From the NCBI RefSeq assembly GCF_001194135.2, contig NC_068999.1:54310715-54374714 (forward strand): a stretch of DNA of 64,000 nucleotides, read 5' to 3'. This stretch comes from Octopus bimaculoides. Lineage: Eukaryota. Shown in pieces: positions 24,750-36,790 of the stretch. Both the position numbers and the translations under genes were made by a program. A model generated the notes under the pieces. It was given only the letters and a program-made list of their open reading frames with translations. It ran no database searches and was not told the DNA's origin. The number at the start of each line of letters is the position of its first letter. The stretch's first letter is position 1.

Positions 24750-27700
24750 CTCTAAACCATATTTTAAAAAAGGAAGACACATTAGATAATATAGAACAAT
24801 GGCTGGAATGCCAATCATCATATGATGAATACCTGATCAGAATCGAACTGTGGCTAAATAACAGCAAAAGACAGATACACCTTGAGTGTCTCAGGGTCAT
24901 GATTATCATCATCATCTATCGTCTACATACAAATGCCTCCTTTTTATAGACTGGCACACTCTGAGTTAAACAAAAAACATACCTTCCTCCATTAGTGGCT
25001 AGTCTGTGTCCCATAGTGCCTATTTACAGGTAAACTGAACCAATTATTGAGTGTTCGTTATTTTCTACTAAATAAGGTGGGTGAGCTGGCAGAATCATTA
25101 GCACACCAGGCAAAATGCCTAGCAGCATTTTGTCCGTTTTTAAGTTCAGAGTTCAAATTCTGTTGAGGTCAACAGCTATCAAGCTCTTTTCCCAAACTGT
25201 TAAGTTACAGAGACAAAAATAAACCAACATTAGCTGTCAAGTGGTGATGGTGGACAAACACAAAGATACACACACACACACACACACACACATACATGAC
25301 AAGATTCCACAGTTTCCATCCACCAAATTCCTTTACAAATAATAGTCAGCCCAAGGCTATAGTAGAAGACACTTGCCCAAGGTATCACCTAGGGCAACTG
25401 AGCTCCAAACCACATGGTTGCAAAGCAAACTTCTAAACCACAGTCATGAACCGCATCTCACCACATGTCCAAGTCTCTATTTTTTGCTACCATATTAACC
25501 ATTACTGATGGCACAGCTATTCACAGACTTTTCTCCAAATACAGTTTGACATCACAAGTTATTTATTTTGCTGTGAATGCAAAAAAGAAATGAAGCAAGC
25601 ATGCTCCATTGGATGTGTAATATCAGTGTGAATGAACAGTAGAGTACTAATGAGCTAAGTGAAAAATTAGGTAAAAAGAAGAATCAGATGTAGTGTGCAA
25701 GAGAGATAGCTCTCTTTAGGTCCTTTAGTCTAGCAAGTTGCAAAGTGACCTCACTAGTGTTGGTGCCTTGAGAAAAAGCACCCAGTGTACTCTGTGAAGT
25801 GGTTGGCATAAAAAAGGGCATCCAGCCTTAAAATCCATCCCAAAACTGATACACTGGAAGATAGTGTGATCTTCTGACTTTTCAGATCCTGTCAAACCAT
25901 CAGGGGAGACAGATGTGAAATGATGATGATTTTTACAGCAATACTGCAATTTGTCTAAAACCTTTATTATAGTTTAAATCTTCTAAAGAATTTAGCAGGA
26001 AATAGCAAGCAATACAATGTACGAATCCAGTCCCGACAGAAGGACCTGTTTTTCTTTTGTGTCTCAAATTAGTGTGGAGTGGGGGGGGGGGGTTAAATAT
26101 CATTTACATTAGAAAATCTAAGCAGTTGATTAATTTCATACCTTTTGTTCCTACTTTTCAGCTCACAAGCCAATAAGAGAACCGTTACTTGGTTATTCAG
26201 CCTGATAGAAATAGCAGCCAAATCTCCCTAAAATTATACCCTACTCTGTCTTGAGTGAAAGACCTGTTGGATGGTATACTCCTAGATACAGAATGCCTAA
26301 GAAATGGATGACCTGAGCACCTTTGAGCCTAAGTCAATCATTACATTCTAAGCACTTTTACTACTAATCCAGTAACAATAAAGTTTTACAATCCATATGG
26401 CCATTGGGATGATACTGAAGACTTTGCTGTCATGAAGAAATTCAAAGAAAAGACTAGAATGGTGTCCCATATTGCCTTCCCTAGAAATGTTAACAAAATA
26501 TTTATCAGTTATACACTGCCAACAATTGCAAGAACTGTTCCTGCCTATGGCATCTTTTGTCAGCAAAGAGTACTACAATCTCTATGGTACCTACTGACAG
26601 CAAAAGTGTACCCACAGATGGTATCTATTGACAGGTAGTCTGTACCTACTAATAGTATCTGTAAGCAGCATGGTGAACTGTATTTCTCTATGGTGCTTAT
26701 TTGTCAGACAAGGTGACTATAGCCCTAGGCTCATGATTTCTAATGTGCCTTTCCTTTTTAAGATGGTAAGCTGTGATTTGAGGGCTATTTGGCTGATGTT
26801 TCTAGCAGGTCATGTAACTATGTAGAAGTTTCCTGGTTGGTTTGATAGAAACCAGTAGTATGTATCTGGTTGCCTGGATGCTAACTCACAGCCATCACAT
26901 TCCAATAGATTATACACAACTGCAATGCAGCATAACTGGACAGATCATTAAAATTAGTGGTGGAGGGAACTAATATTTCAAGAGTAATCAAGACATTTAA
27001 CAGCAGAATCAATTCCCTCACTGCCTGTAACCATTATTGAAGAATAAGCTCTAATTTTAGCAACACTTAAAGACAATAACAATCTAGCTGCAGTGGCCTT
27101 TTATTCAACATGACTTGTTAGCAGAACCATTGGGATGTTGGCCTGCCATCCAAAGAGTCCAAATTTCATATTCTGTCACCAATATCATTTCATATCCTTG
27201 TAAGGGTCATTCAGTTTGTAATACCTCATAAATTGATACTATGAAGAGGTGTCTAGAACCAAAACCAGCAATCATCCAAAGAGGGATCAGTACAGAGAAA
27301 TTGATGCAACATTCTATAAACTGTTCAATATGATTCCATAACAGACTAAAATGTGGCCAGATGAAGCAGCTGCTCATTAACATTTAATTGATTAATAATG
27401 CTATAATTCAAGCAGAGATCAAAATCTCAAGTAGAGATCAAAATACAGTCATTAACTCTAATGTTTTATCCTGACTATTCTTTGTTTTGCAACATTGAAG
27501 AGTTACATCATCATCATCATTTAACATCCGTTTTCTGTGCTGGTATGGGTTGGATGGTTTGACAGGAGCTGGTAAGGCCAGGGGCCACACCAGGTTCCAT
27601 CATCTGACAGGTTCACATAGTTGGGTTCCATTATCTATTCTGCCTCCTCCGTTACTTCTTTCACACTAGCATATAGCTAACCATCTCCTTTTGTAGTCTT

Positions 27701-27820
27701 GCAAGCTGTACAGCAGCTTCACTAGTGCTAGTGGCTTCGAAAGCAGACATTGGAGCACAATGAGGTCCTTGGACCCATCAGATCCTGTCAAACTATGCAC
27801 GCATGGAACAAGGATGTTAA

Positions 27821-27852
<32 letters not shown>

Positions 27853-28650
27853 CAAATACAATAAAATACTAAAGAGAATGCCTATACTTGATCATAAACC
27901 TGATACAGACAAGCAATCATAATGATAATACTGTTTGATCCAATATCAACCTTAAGTGAGCAGACCTATGAGCAATGGGCTTCCAACCATGACCCTCTTG
28001 TCTTTTACTTATGACTATATTATCCAATTTATACCCCATTTTTAAATGGTGGGATGAGGCTTAGAGGAGATATGGCTGCTATTTCTAGCAAGCTGAGCAA
28101 TCACATACAGTCTTTCAGCCAAGTGGAGCAGCAGAGGTGAGGATGTTGTTTGCTGCTGCTGTTGCTGTTGTTGTTTGGCTCCAAGACAGTGCTGACCAAG
28201 CAAACCAAACCCATGGTCAGGGGCATCCAAACTATGACTATCCAATCACAATTTTCAGCAACTGTTTATCTCAGACTATATTATTTAATGTGTCCCCTTT
28301 TTTTTTTTTCATAATGGTAAATTGTGGGTTTAGGAAAGATTTAGGAACTGATGACGACGACAGTGGTTGCAGTGGTGGTGGTAGTAGAGTAGCGGTGGTG
28401 GCAGTGGCAATGGTGTTGCTGACAACAGTAATTACTGTGAAGGCGACAGTCAAGAGTTGAAACAATCACAGTATATTAAAACAGTTTAAACAACACACAA
28501 TACTGTTGGTGCTGCTTTCAGACAAATACCATACTGTTAATTAACTATTAATGTGTTGCCTAATTAACATTGTTCAGCAATTTTAGACAAGCAACAGTAT
28601 TTTGAACTTGTTAACATGAAGTCTAAGAATTCTTCCCTCCCAGTCTATTC

Positions 28651-28817
28651 CAGTGTTCCACAATCTTTTTTCACTTATGGTACACTTATGTTCTTTTCAA
28701 AATTCGGTGGCACAACCCGAACTAAAAATATTACTAAAAGAGAAAATTTATATCCAGCTTACATTGCGGCCCACCTGGCCCACCAGCGTGCCACAGCATA
28801 CCAGTTGCAGAGCACTT
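28651..28817. mobile_element. 167-bp hAT-type MITE with a perfect 8-bp target site duplication
   Basis: GTCTATTC at 28643-28650 and 28818-28825. Imperfect TIRs CAGTGTTCCACAA and TTGCAGAGCACTT. Confidence 0.75.
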
Positions 28818-31799
28818 GTCTATTCAATGCCACCCTCTTTAAATAACAATCTTTTTAACTTATCAGATTATAAGCAGACCAATCAGAACCTGCATAACAT
28901 ATCTTATTGTTATGCTTGCTTCAGTCATTGGGCTGTGGTCATGCTGGAGCACCACCTTGCAGGGTTTCAGTTGTACAAATTAACCCCAATAATATTTTTT
29001 TAAAAGTCTAGTGCATGTTATATTGGTCTCTTTTGCTGAAACATAAGTTATTGGTGCACAAACAAATCAGCACCGTTGTCAAGTGGTGGTAGGGGTGGTG
29101 TGTATGCGTATATACATGTATGCATGCATATGTATACATGTATGCATGCATACATAAATATATACATACATAGATACATACATATATATGTATACTTATA
29201 AGATAAGGATATAATCATAAAATGATTATATCAGCAGCCTAGCACTTAAAAATTACCATATAGGTAACATCAATCAGGACTGTAGTAGAAGACACTGGTT
29301 TAAGTGTGCCATGCAGCAGGTACTGAACCTGAAACCATGTAGTTGCTAAGCAAACTTCTTTACCCAGCCAAGGCTACACCTATAGTCATTTCTTCCACAT
29401 ATTTTCTGTCAGATTTCTTACGCTCCAAATATTAAATATGTTAATATCAACTTATGTTTGAATATGAATGAGTTGTACAGGACAAGGTGCACCTGTCAAC
29501 TATGCTGGAAGTTTTTTAAAAGCAGAGTGGAGCTAAGGCTGACATATTTCAGAAAAACTAATTTAAATATTTCATGAACAGAGATATTTTTGCTTACTTT
29601 GCTGATATTTTTTCATCACTGATGCTTTAGTTAAGTGCATAACGCAGCATTGTACTAATAATGTTAGGAGCTGGTTTAAATTGTTTGCTGCATTTCAATT
29701 TGTCCTCCGAGGGCTTGAGTTCAATCCCAGACAGGATTAACTACTGACTTTCATCTTTCTGTGTTCCTTTCGCAAGTGAACAAAACAAGTACCAGGTATG
29801 TAATTTTATTATTTACACCAGAGATGACACAAACTGGCAGAATCATTAGCACACTGGACAAAATGCTTAGCAGCATTTCATCCATCTTTAAGTTCTGAGT
29901 TCAAGTTCCGCTAACTCATCCCTTTGAAATTGCTGGCCGAGCAGAATTTCATTCACAGACCAAGGATTCGCCACCCCTAATATAAACAGAAATATGAGAA
30001 ACAACACCCATCACACACACACACAGGCACATGCATGCACACACACACACGTGCACACACACACACACGCACACGTACACACACATGTACACAGACACAC
30101 ACACACACACACACACATCTTTCTGCCTTTGTTAATGAAGGGGAGATCTGACTCAAAATAATTCTGTAGGTGCTCATTGATTAGTTGTGTGTTCTGATTA
30201 GGTAGGACTACAATTAAAGGTATTTCAACCATGACCATCCAATCTTATTTTCAGACATTATATGTTGAGGACTAAATTATTCAATGTTTCCAGTTTTTTA
30301 AGACTGTAGGGTGTAATGGATGTAATTTGAAGAGGGTTTGACTGCTATTTCTAACAAATTGAGCAGCCATATAGAGGCTCCCTCCTCAATATAGTTTGTA
30401 GTAAAGAGTAAAATTCCAGAGGATTACAGTTCTAAGGATAAAGAATTCATGGGGTTTGATGAGGTAAGACATAGGTGTGTATCCAATCAATTAAAAAACC
30501 TAAGACATCAATATGTTAAAGTGTTTTGAAGGTAAGACTTTTAATAAAATAGCTCTATCGAAACAGAATTGATGAAAAAAATAAATAAATGTTAGAAAAA
30601 AAACGTATAACAAAACATTCTTTAGTAATAGCCCCAGTTTTGTTGTTGTTTTAATGATGGGAATTTTTGGAGGGAACAAAAGGAATTTACAGGGAGTGGC
30701 GGACCACTTGGTACCATTATTTACAGTGTTTGAAGGAATCTTGTTAATGTCAACAAAGTAGTGATATCAAAACTCTTTTTATTTTTCAATTGCTGACACT
30801 GTCACAACTCCTAATAGACAGGATACGATTTGTTTTGTTTGTTTTTTTTTTGTCACAGGAGGCAGGATTTGAAAAGATACTTTAAGGTGTCTAACCATTC
30901 TGCCCATACTCTGGGCTGGTATTTTATCAGCCCCAAAAAAATGAAAGGCAAAGTAGAACTTGGTGGGATTTGAATTCAGACTGCAGAGAGTCTGAACAAA
31001 TAACATAAATCCTTCTTCCTATCTGATACTTTAACAACTCAACCGATTCATTTCCTTCTATAAAAACCTGTACAGCAATGATAAAACTACAGATAGCAAC
31101 AATAAAATCATACACAGAAATGTTTTGGTATTGATTCTCATTTTTTTCCTAAAGAAAAAGGGTAAAAGAAAGCAGCATCAGAGAGACAAATATTCACAGA
31201 AAAGTAAAACCAAAGAAATAAAACCCAACAAAGTAAATAATTAAAATATTTACCATCTCCCATAATAATCATTCCTTGTTGAAGTGAAAGTAAGAACAAG
31301 ATCTAAGTAGGTCTGCCACTTTGCCTGTCGTTAACTCCTCCTTTCACTTACCCAAAGTCAATCAGAAGTGACAGATACTATAGTTGAATGGTGAGTGAGG
31401 GTACTTACTGTCACCCTTATGTTTGTTTGTGAAAGACATAGACATGGACGAGGAGAGCTGGATTGAATGAAATGCTGCAAATAGTTGCAATTTCTGAGTC
31501 TGAAGTGAACACATTACTTCCAACTGAAGAGTCATTAATTAGCTTAGCTTCAAACTCTAGCACCTAATCAGAGACTGATCGGAAAGTTTATGGTTATTTA
31601 ATAGATACACACTCAGTTTTAAAAAGCCAACTTTCCAATCTCTCTCTCTCTCAATAAAACTGGCTCTTTTCTTCCAAATTTAATCTTTTTTTGTTTTTCC
31701 CTCCTTTATGTTTTCAAATAACAAGCCTTCACCAAAAATATCTCCAAAACTAGCTCATTATCGGCTAATAATATTCAGATTGTTGCCACTGTTGCTGAT

Positions 31800-32780
31800 T
31801 TAGCAGACTCATTAAAGCACCAAACAAAATGCTTCGAGGTGTTTGTTCAGGATCTTTACAATCTGTGTTCAAATCCCACCAAAACAACTTTAGCATTTCA
31901 TTTTTCAAGGGTTGATAAAATAAAGTACCAGTAAAGTACGGAGATCAATGATATCAACTAAACTCTCTCCTCGTAATTGCCGGCCTTGTTTCTGAATCAG
32001 AAACAACAACTGTCATCATTATCATTATTATCAATGTAGCAAGCTGACAGAATCATTAGCACACCGGGCAAAATGTTTAGTGACATTTTGTCTGTCTTTA
32101 CAAATTCCACTGAGGTCAACTTTACCTTTCATCCTTTCAGAGTCGATGAAATAAGTACCTGTTGAGCACTGGGGTCGATGTAATCAACTTACCCCCTCCT
32201 CCAAAATTTTAAACCTTGTGCCTTTAGTAGAAAAAATTATTATTATTATTAAAGCAGCAAGATGGCAGAACCTTTCACATGCCAGGCCAAATGCTTAGCA
32301 GCATTTTGTCTGTCTTTATGTCCTGAGTTCCAATTCCACTGAGGTCAACTTTACCTTTCATCCTTTCAGTGTCAGTAAAATAAGTATCAGTTGAGTGTTG
32401 GGGGTCAATAAAATAAGTACCAGTCAAGCACTGGAGGCTTTCCCCATCCCCTCAAGTTTCAGGCTTTGTGCTTGTATTAGAAACGATTATTATTCAAAGC
32501 AGGGAACTGGCAGAGTCATTAGCATGCATAGGAAAGTGTATAGTGGCTTTTCATTCCTTTTTACATTCTGAGTTCAAATCCTGCCAAGGTCATCTTTGCC
32601 TTTCATCCTTTCAGAGTCAACAAAGTCAGTACCAGTCAAGTACTGGGGTTGTTGTAATTGATTTACCCCCTCCCCAAAATTGTTAGCCTTGTGGGGTCGA
32701 TAAAATAAGTACTAGAGGTCTATGTTATCAATTTGTCCCCTCCTGCCAAAATTTCAGATCTTCTGCCTTTAGAAGAAAGG

Positions 32781-32815
<35 letters not shown>

Positions 32816-32845
32816 GGCAGCAAGCCAACAGGATCACTAGCATGC
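31800..32845 (+). mobile_element. Head-to-tail cluster of about 5-6 family A SINE copies
   Basis: Repeated gcaagctgacagaatcattagcac…gaggtcaactttacctttcatcctttc…aataagtacc…ggggtcga…ccttgtgcct units separated by (ATT)n. Confidence 0.8.
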
Positions 32846-33330
32846 AGTCTGAAAAGACTGAGTTCTTAACAAGAACATCAAATTAAAAACTTCCTGAAGA
32901 CATTAGTCTGGCTTGTTGTACTGTATGAAGGTAGAAACTACTTGCCTAAGAGCAAGCAATATGGTGAAACTCAAAGCACTTGAAATAATGTCATACTGAA
33001 GAGTACTGAGGACTAGCTGGACTGACCATTAAACAAACAAGTCAGGACTTGAGGAAATGGAAACAGAGAGAGAATATTTGGCAACTGTCGGGAAGAAAAA
33101 GTTGCAATACTTTGGGCATGTTATCAGGGCCCAGAACTCCAGTACCCAGATCTTAGAGGGAAAAATCAATGGGAAACAAGGAAAGAGGAGACCAAGAAGA
33201 TGCTGGCTGAATGACATCAAAAACAAAATAGACCAGAAGGCCTCTAGCTGAATGTACAGCCATGGCCAGAAACAGGATTCAATGGAGAGATATAGTGCAT
33301 GCATCCATGATCCCTGACCCTCAGCAATGG
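32845..33330 (+). mobile_element. RTE-clade LINE 3' fragment
   Basis: KLKALEIMSY*RVLRTSWTDH and KKKLQYFGHVIRAQN...ILEGKINGKQGKRRPRRCWLNDIK, a typical RTE C-terminus. Confidence 0.8.
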
Positions 33331-34139
33331 AAATCAGAATAGGGGAGGCAAGAACAGATGTCCACATATAAAAATATCTGCTACACTCGTTCACATGTAG
33401 AATCAAAATTCTTCCAAAAAATTTTGATAGCATCAGTAGAAAAAACTGTAAAACAATTTCTTACATAAAGTGTAAAGAAAGAAAACATTGAACTAAATTG
33501 TCCAACTTTAGGTAAGTTAATGTTGTTAGTTTTTAATAAATTTTAAGAATTATGAAAAATTTTGTAATCAAACATACGTTAATGATAAATATTTTATATC
33601 TTAAAGGTGATAGTTACTTAAAAGTTTCACCGTAAACACTTTAAAAGGAACAGACTAACTTCAATTTTACAGTTAAAGAAGTTAGCACAGTGAAAGTTGT
33701 AACTGTCACATTTTATGATATAGAATTTATTTACTTTACCTTTCATATTGAATTCTATTTCAGATGTTTAATCATCATTTAACATACACGCATCTGTGCT
33801 AAACACTCATGACATTAAGATATGTTAATGATATAATGATTATGAGAGTTACAATCACAAAACTAATACTTTTAGATCCCCAACAGTACTATGGTGTGTT
33901 CATTGTTAAAAACCCTTTAGCGTTAAATAGGCGCCACAGAGAAGTATAATCTACCACTGCATGTAGCAAGGACACTGTAATAGAAAGAGTTCTGTTACCT
34001 TGCAGTGGTGAGCTCAGATTAAAAACATGGATTTATTCTGGAGAAGAATTGACTTTGCCAGACACTTTTGTTCTTGGTACACTGCATCAAAATGTCCCAG
34101 TATCACAAATGAGTTACAAGAGTTACAAAAGTATTTTTA

Positions 34140-34290
34140 ACACCTTAATCAACCCTTTTGTTACCTATTTCTCTTGAAATACACTGCCTTTGTCTCATTA
34201 GTTTTAAAAATAATGAAAAGAAAAAATATGTATATCATAAAACAAGGGACAGTTTCAGATGGGCTGGTATCAAAATGATGAGAGTTGGTT
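34140..34290. mobile_element. Fragment of a piggyBac-like MITE; related pieces at about 38770-38835 and 39060-39130
   Basis: Shared ccc(t)ttt.gttacc…ttctcttgaaatacactgcctttgt…taatgaa 5' end and …gggctggtatcaaaa 3' end, near TTAA. Confidence 0.45.
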
Positions 34291-34999
34291 TGTCTTTTAA
34301 GTTGTGCACGACACATTCATGAATCCACTTCTCTCCAACAAATAAGTGATTAGTATAAATAAAAAAAAGATTTAGATAAATAAAATTATATCAATATTTC
34401 ATAAATGAACCAAATATGAATATCAGACTTTACAGAACTAAAAAAAAAGGAGAAAAAACATTGAAAAGCATACCAAAGTCACTGAATAAATAAGTTGAAA
34501 ATAGAAGCAAGAATAAATGATGGTCAATCCATCGTTAGGACATGAAAAAGTAAGAAGTACAGTAATACAGTAAGAGAGACCTGTAAATGAAAGATAGGGT
34601 TAGGGTTTTTGGTAGAAAAGAAGGTAAAAGAATGAACTGACAAGTGATGGCAAGATAAAAGAAATAAAGGAAGGATGAAGACTAAAAGAAATGGTAAGAC
34701 ACTAGTAATTGACCAAAGACAACTTTAAATTTTTGTACTCCATGAAATAATCTAGAAGTTGTACTGCTTTGTTCTAGGAGTATTTCTTCCACAAAGCAAT
34801 CAAATAAAAAAAGTAAGTTAACATCTGTTGAAAAACTAAAGAAACATTTCTGAACTATATCCCACAATGCAATACTACTGACAGTTTGAAGTAGTGTATC
34901 CACTATATATATTTAAATATTCATGAGCAGGCATCAAATATAAAATTCTCCATCTCATTAACAAATATTCTTCACCTATCTCCACTGATCAACTGACTC

Positions 35000-35235
35000 C
35001 TTTTTACTGCTCAATAGGTTTCTAATGAATAGTCAACTACCTAGTCCACAACAAACTCTACCTAAAGCATGTACTTCCCCATTTCTTGTTTTCTGTACTG
35101 TGTTTCACTTCCAAAGCTTCAGACAAAATCCTTGCCAATCCTTTCTCAGACTTCCATATCACTGGAATTCCTCTTCCACCCACATTTTTCTCCGACTAAC
35201 TCGCAAAAGTTTAAATGAAACATTAACTATATCCA
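35000..35235 (+). mobile_element. Probable CR1/L2-type LINE 3' end remnant
   Basis: Pieces such as YHWNSSSTHIF and SQKFK*NIN resemble the WNSLP...FK C-terminal motif. Weak. Confidence 0.4.
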
Positions 35236-35501
35236 CTTTGATCGTCAAACAGAGCAGAGCCTAAATTGCTTATAAGCAAACCTTCCTTCTCAAGTTAGCA
35301 GACAGTTAAAGAGAGAAAGGCAAGATGGCAAATCTGTTATTAATTAAATAAATGTGTTAATTTGTAATTAGAAAGAGGCTCCAGTTCAAAATTATGTTAG
35401 CAGGAAAAGAAATTGGAGATAGAGCATTAAAAGATGGATGAGTGAATGACAGCAAGAAGAAGCAGGAGTAGTTTTTCTTCAGATAAAATTCTGGTATTTA
35501 C

Positions 35502-35537
35502 CTGCAAAACTGCATGATTACCATGAGAGCGTTCCAT
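35502..35537 (-). CDS. Candidate alternative DGK N-terminus MERSHGNHAVLQ within a putative exon 35614-35502
   Basis: ATC-ATG-G Kozak context, TAA in frame 6 nt upstream, donor CAG|GTAAAT in phase 0 compatible with exon 2, acceptor ttcattttcag ending at 35615. Confidence 0.35.
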
Positions 35538-36264
35538 GATTTATGTTTATCGAATTGGCTATGATTTCTAATCAATGAGTCAGGTTGATATAAGATGAAT
35601 GATTAAACTGTGACCTGAAAATGAAGTATTTCACAGCTTATTCCAGATTACAATAATCCAACAACTTGGATCAGGATTTAGGGGTTCGGGATATTTTTAA
35701 AGTTTCCTTGGGTTTTTCTTTTTTTAAATCATGTTTATATAGAAATAAAAGTAATGTTATGTTAATTAAATTCCTAAATTTCTCAACTTAATTACCATTC
35801 ATGTAGTAAAGAATAATCCAAGATACGGCAAACCTTGTCTATACTATCTGGTTATTACCTGAAGTGGTGATAGTATTTCATCAGCTGCACCAGTACTGAT
35901 TCTCTGGCAGAAAACACTAAACTCACACTGGTACAACACGCAAAGCTGTAAACAAATACTGAAGAGAGGCACAGCTTGCTAGCTTAAACAGCAGCAGCTC
36001 TGTGAATATGTTTTACCGACTTGCCAATGTGGGGTCTATAACCTAGTATGGGTCATTAGAAAAGAGGTGAACAATGGTGTTATCCAAAGCACATGAAAGG
36101 AAGGATAGCTCCAACAATACCTCTCAGAATTACAGGAACAGTCACAACCAGGTACAGCATGCTTTAACATTATCTTTAATGTGTATTTTTACACTGACTC
36201 AAATGAGAATTATTTGACTTCAGATAATAGTTTTCCAAGCGTACATATGGAAAGACTCACTCGC

Positions 36265-36790
36265 TGAAAGTCATGCATTCAACCGTGACTGCTTCTGATC
36301 TTCCACCAGCAAATGAAGCACAAATTCTGCTGCAACTCTTTTCATTCGCAATTCCTCGCTCAAAATTCATTGACAGAAGCTCCAGGATACACCAGTCATA
36401 TCAACAAGTTCTTCAATTGTTCAACAACGGTCCTCCAAGATCAGTTCATGCATTTTCATGAAGCCTTCATTCATGCGGGAGGGGTGACAGTCACCCTGAA
36501 CGAGGCTGGTCTTCAAGCAACAAGTGACCATTCCTAAAGCATGAAAACCACTCGTAAACTTGTGTGTTGCTCATGGCAGCATCCTTGTAAGCTGTTTGAA
36601 GCATGACAACTGTTTCAGCTGCTGTTTTCTCCATCAGAAAACAGAATTTCAAGGAAACATGTTGTTCCTTCATTTCAGCCATCGCAAAAATCAACAAACA
36701 GGAAAGAAACACTGCAAAACAAAGATGCACCACATGGCAGTACGACTTCATTCAATGACACTGGTTGGCAGACTGATGACTGAGGTTTGT
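36265..36790 (-). mobile_element. Mariner-like transposase 5' fragment
   Basis: ORF 36491-36751 reads EQHVSLKFCFLMEKTAAETVVMLQTAYKDAAMSNTQVYEWFSCFRNGHLLLEDQPRSG. It continues with stops as ELILEDR..TIEELVDMTGVSW...LSEELRMKRVAAEFV. Confidence 0.88.

Noticed and set aside
26300-27400. Short ORFs and possible LINE remnants
   Set aside because: No motif clear enough to assign; left unannotated.
33999-34037. 39-nt exon-like block (ctccag…AAG|GTAACA) on the minus strand
   Set aside because: It has an in-frame TGA in phase 0. It could only be a poison or UTR exon, and nothing else supports it.
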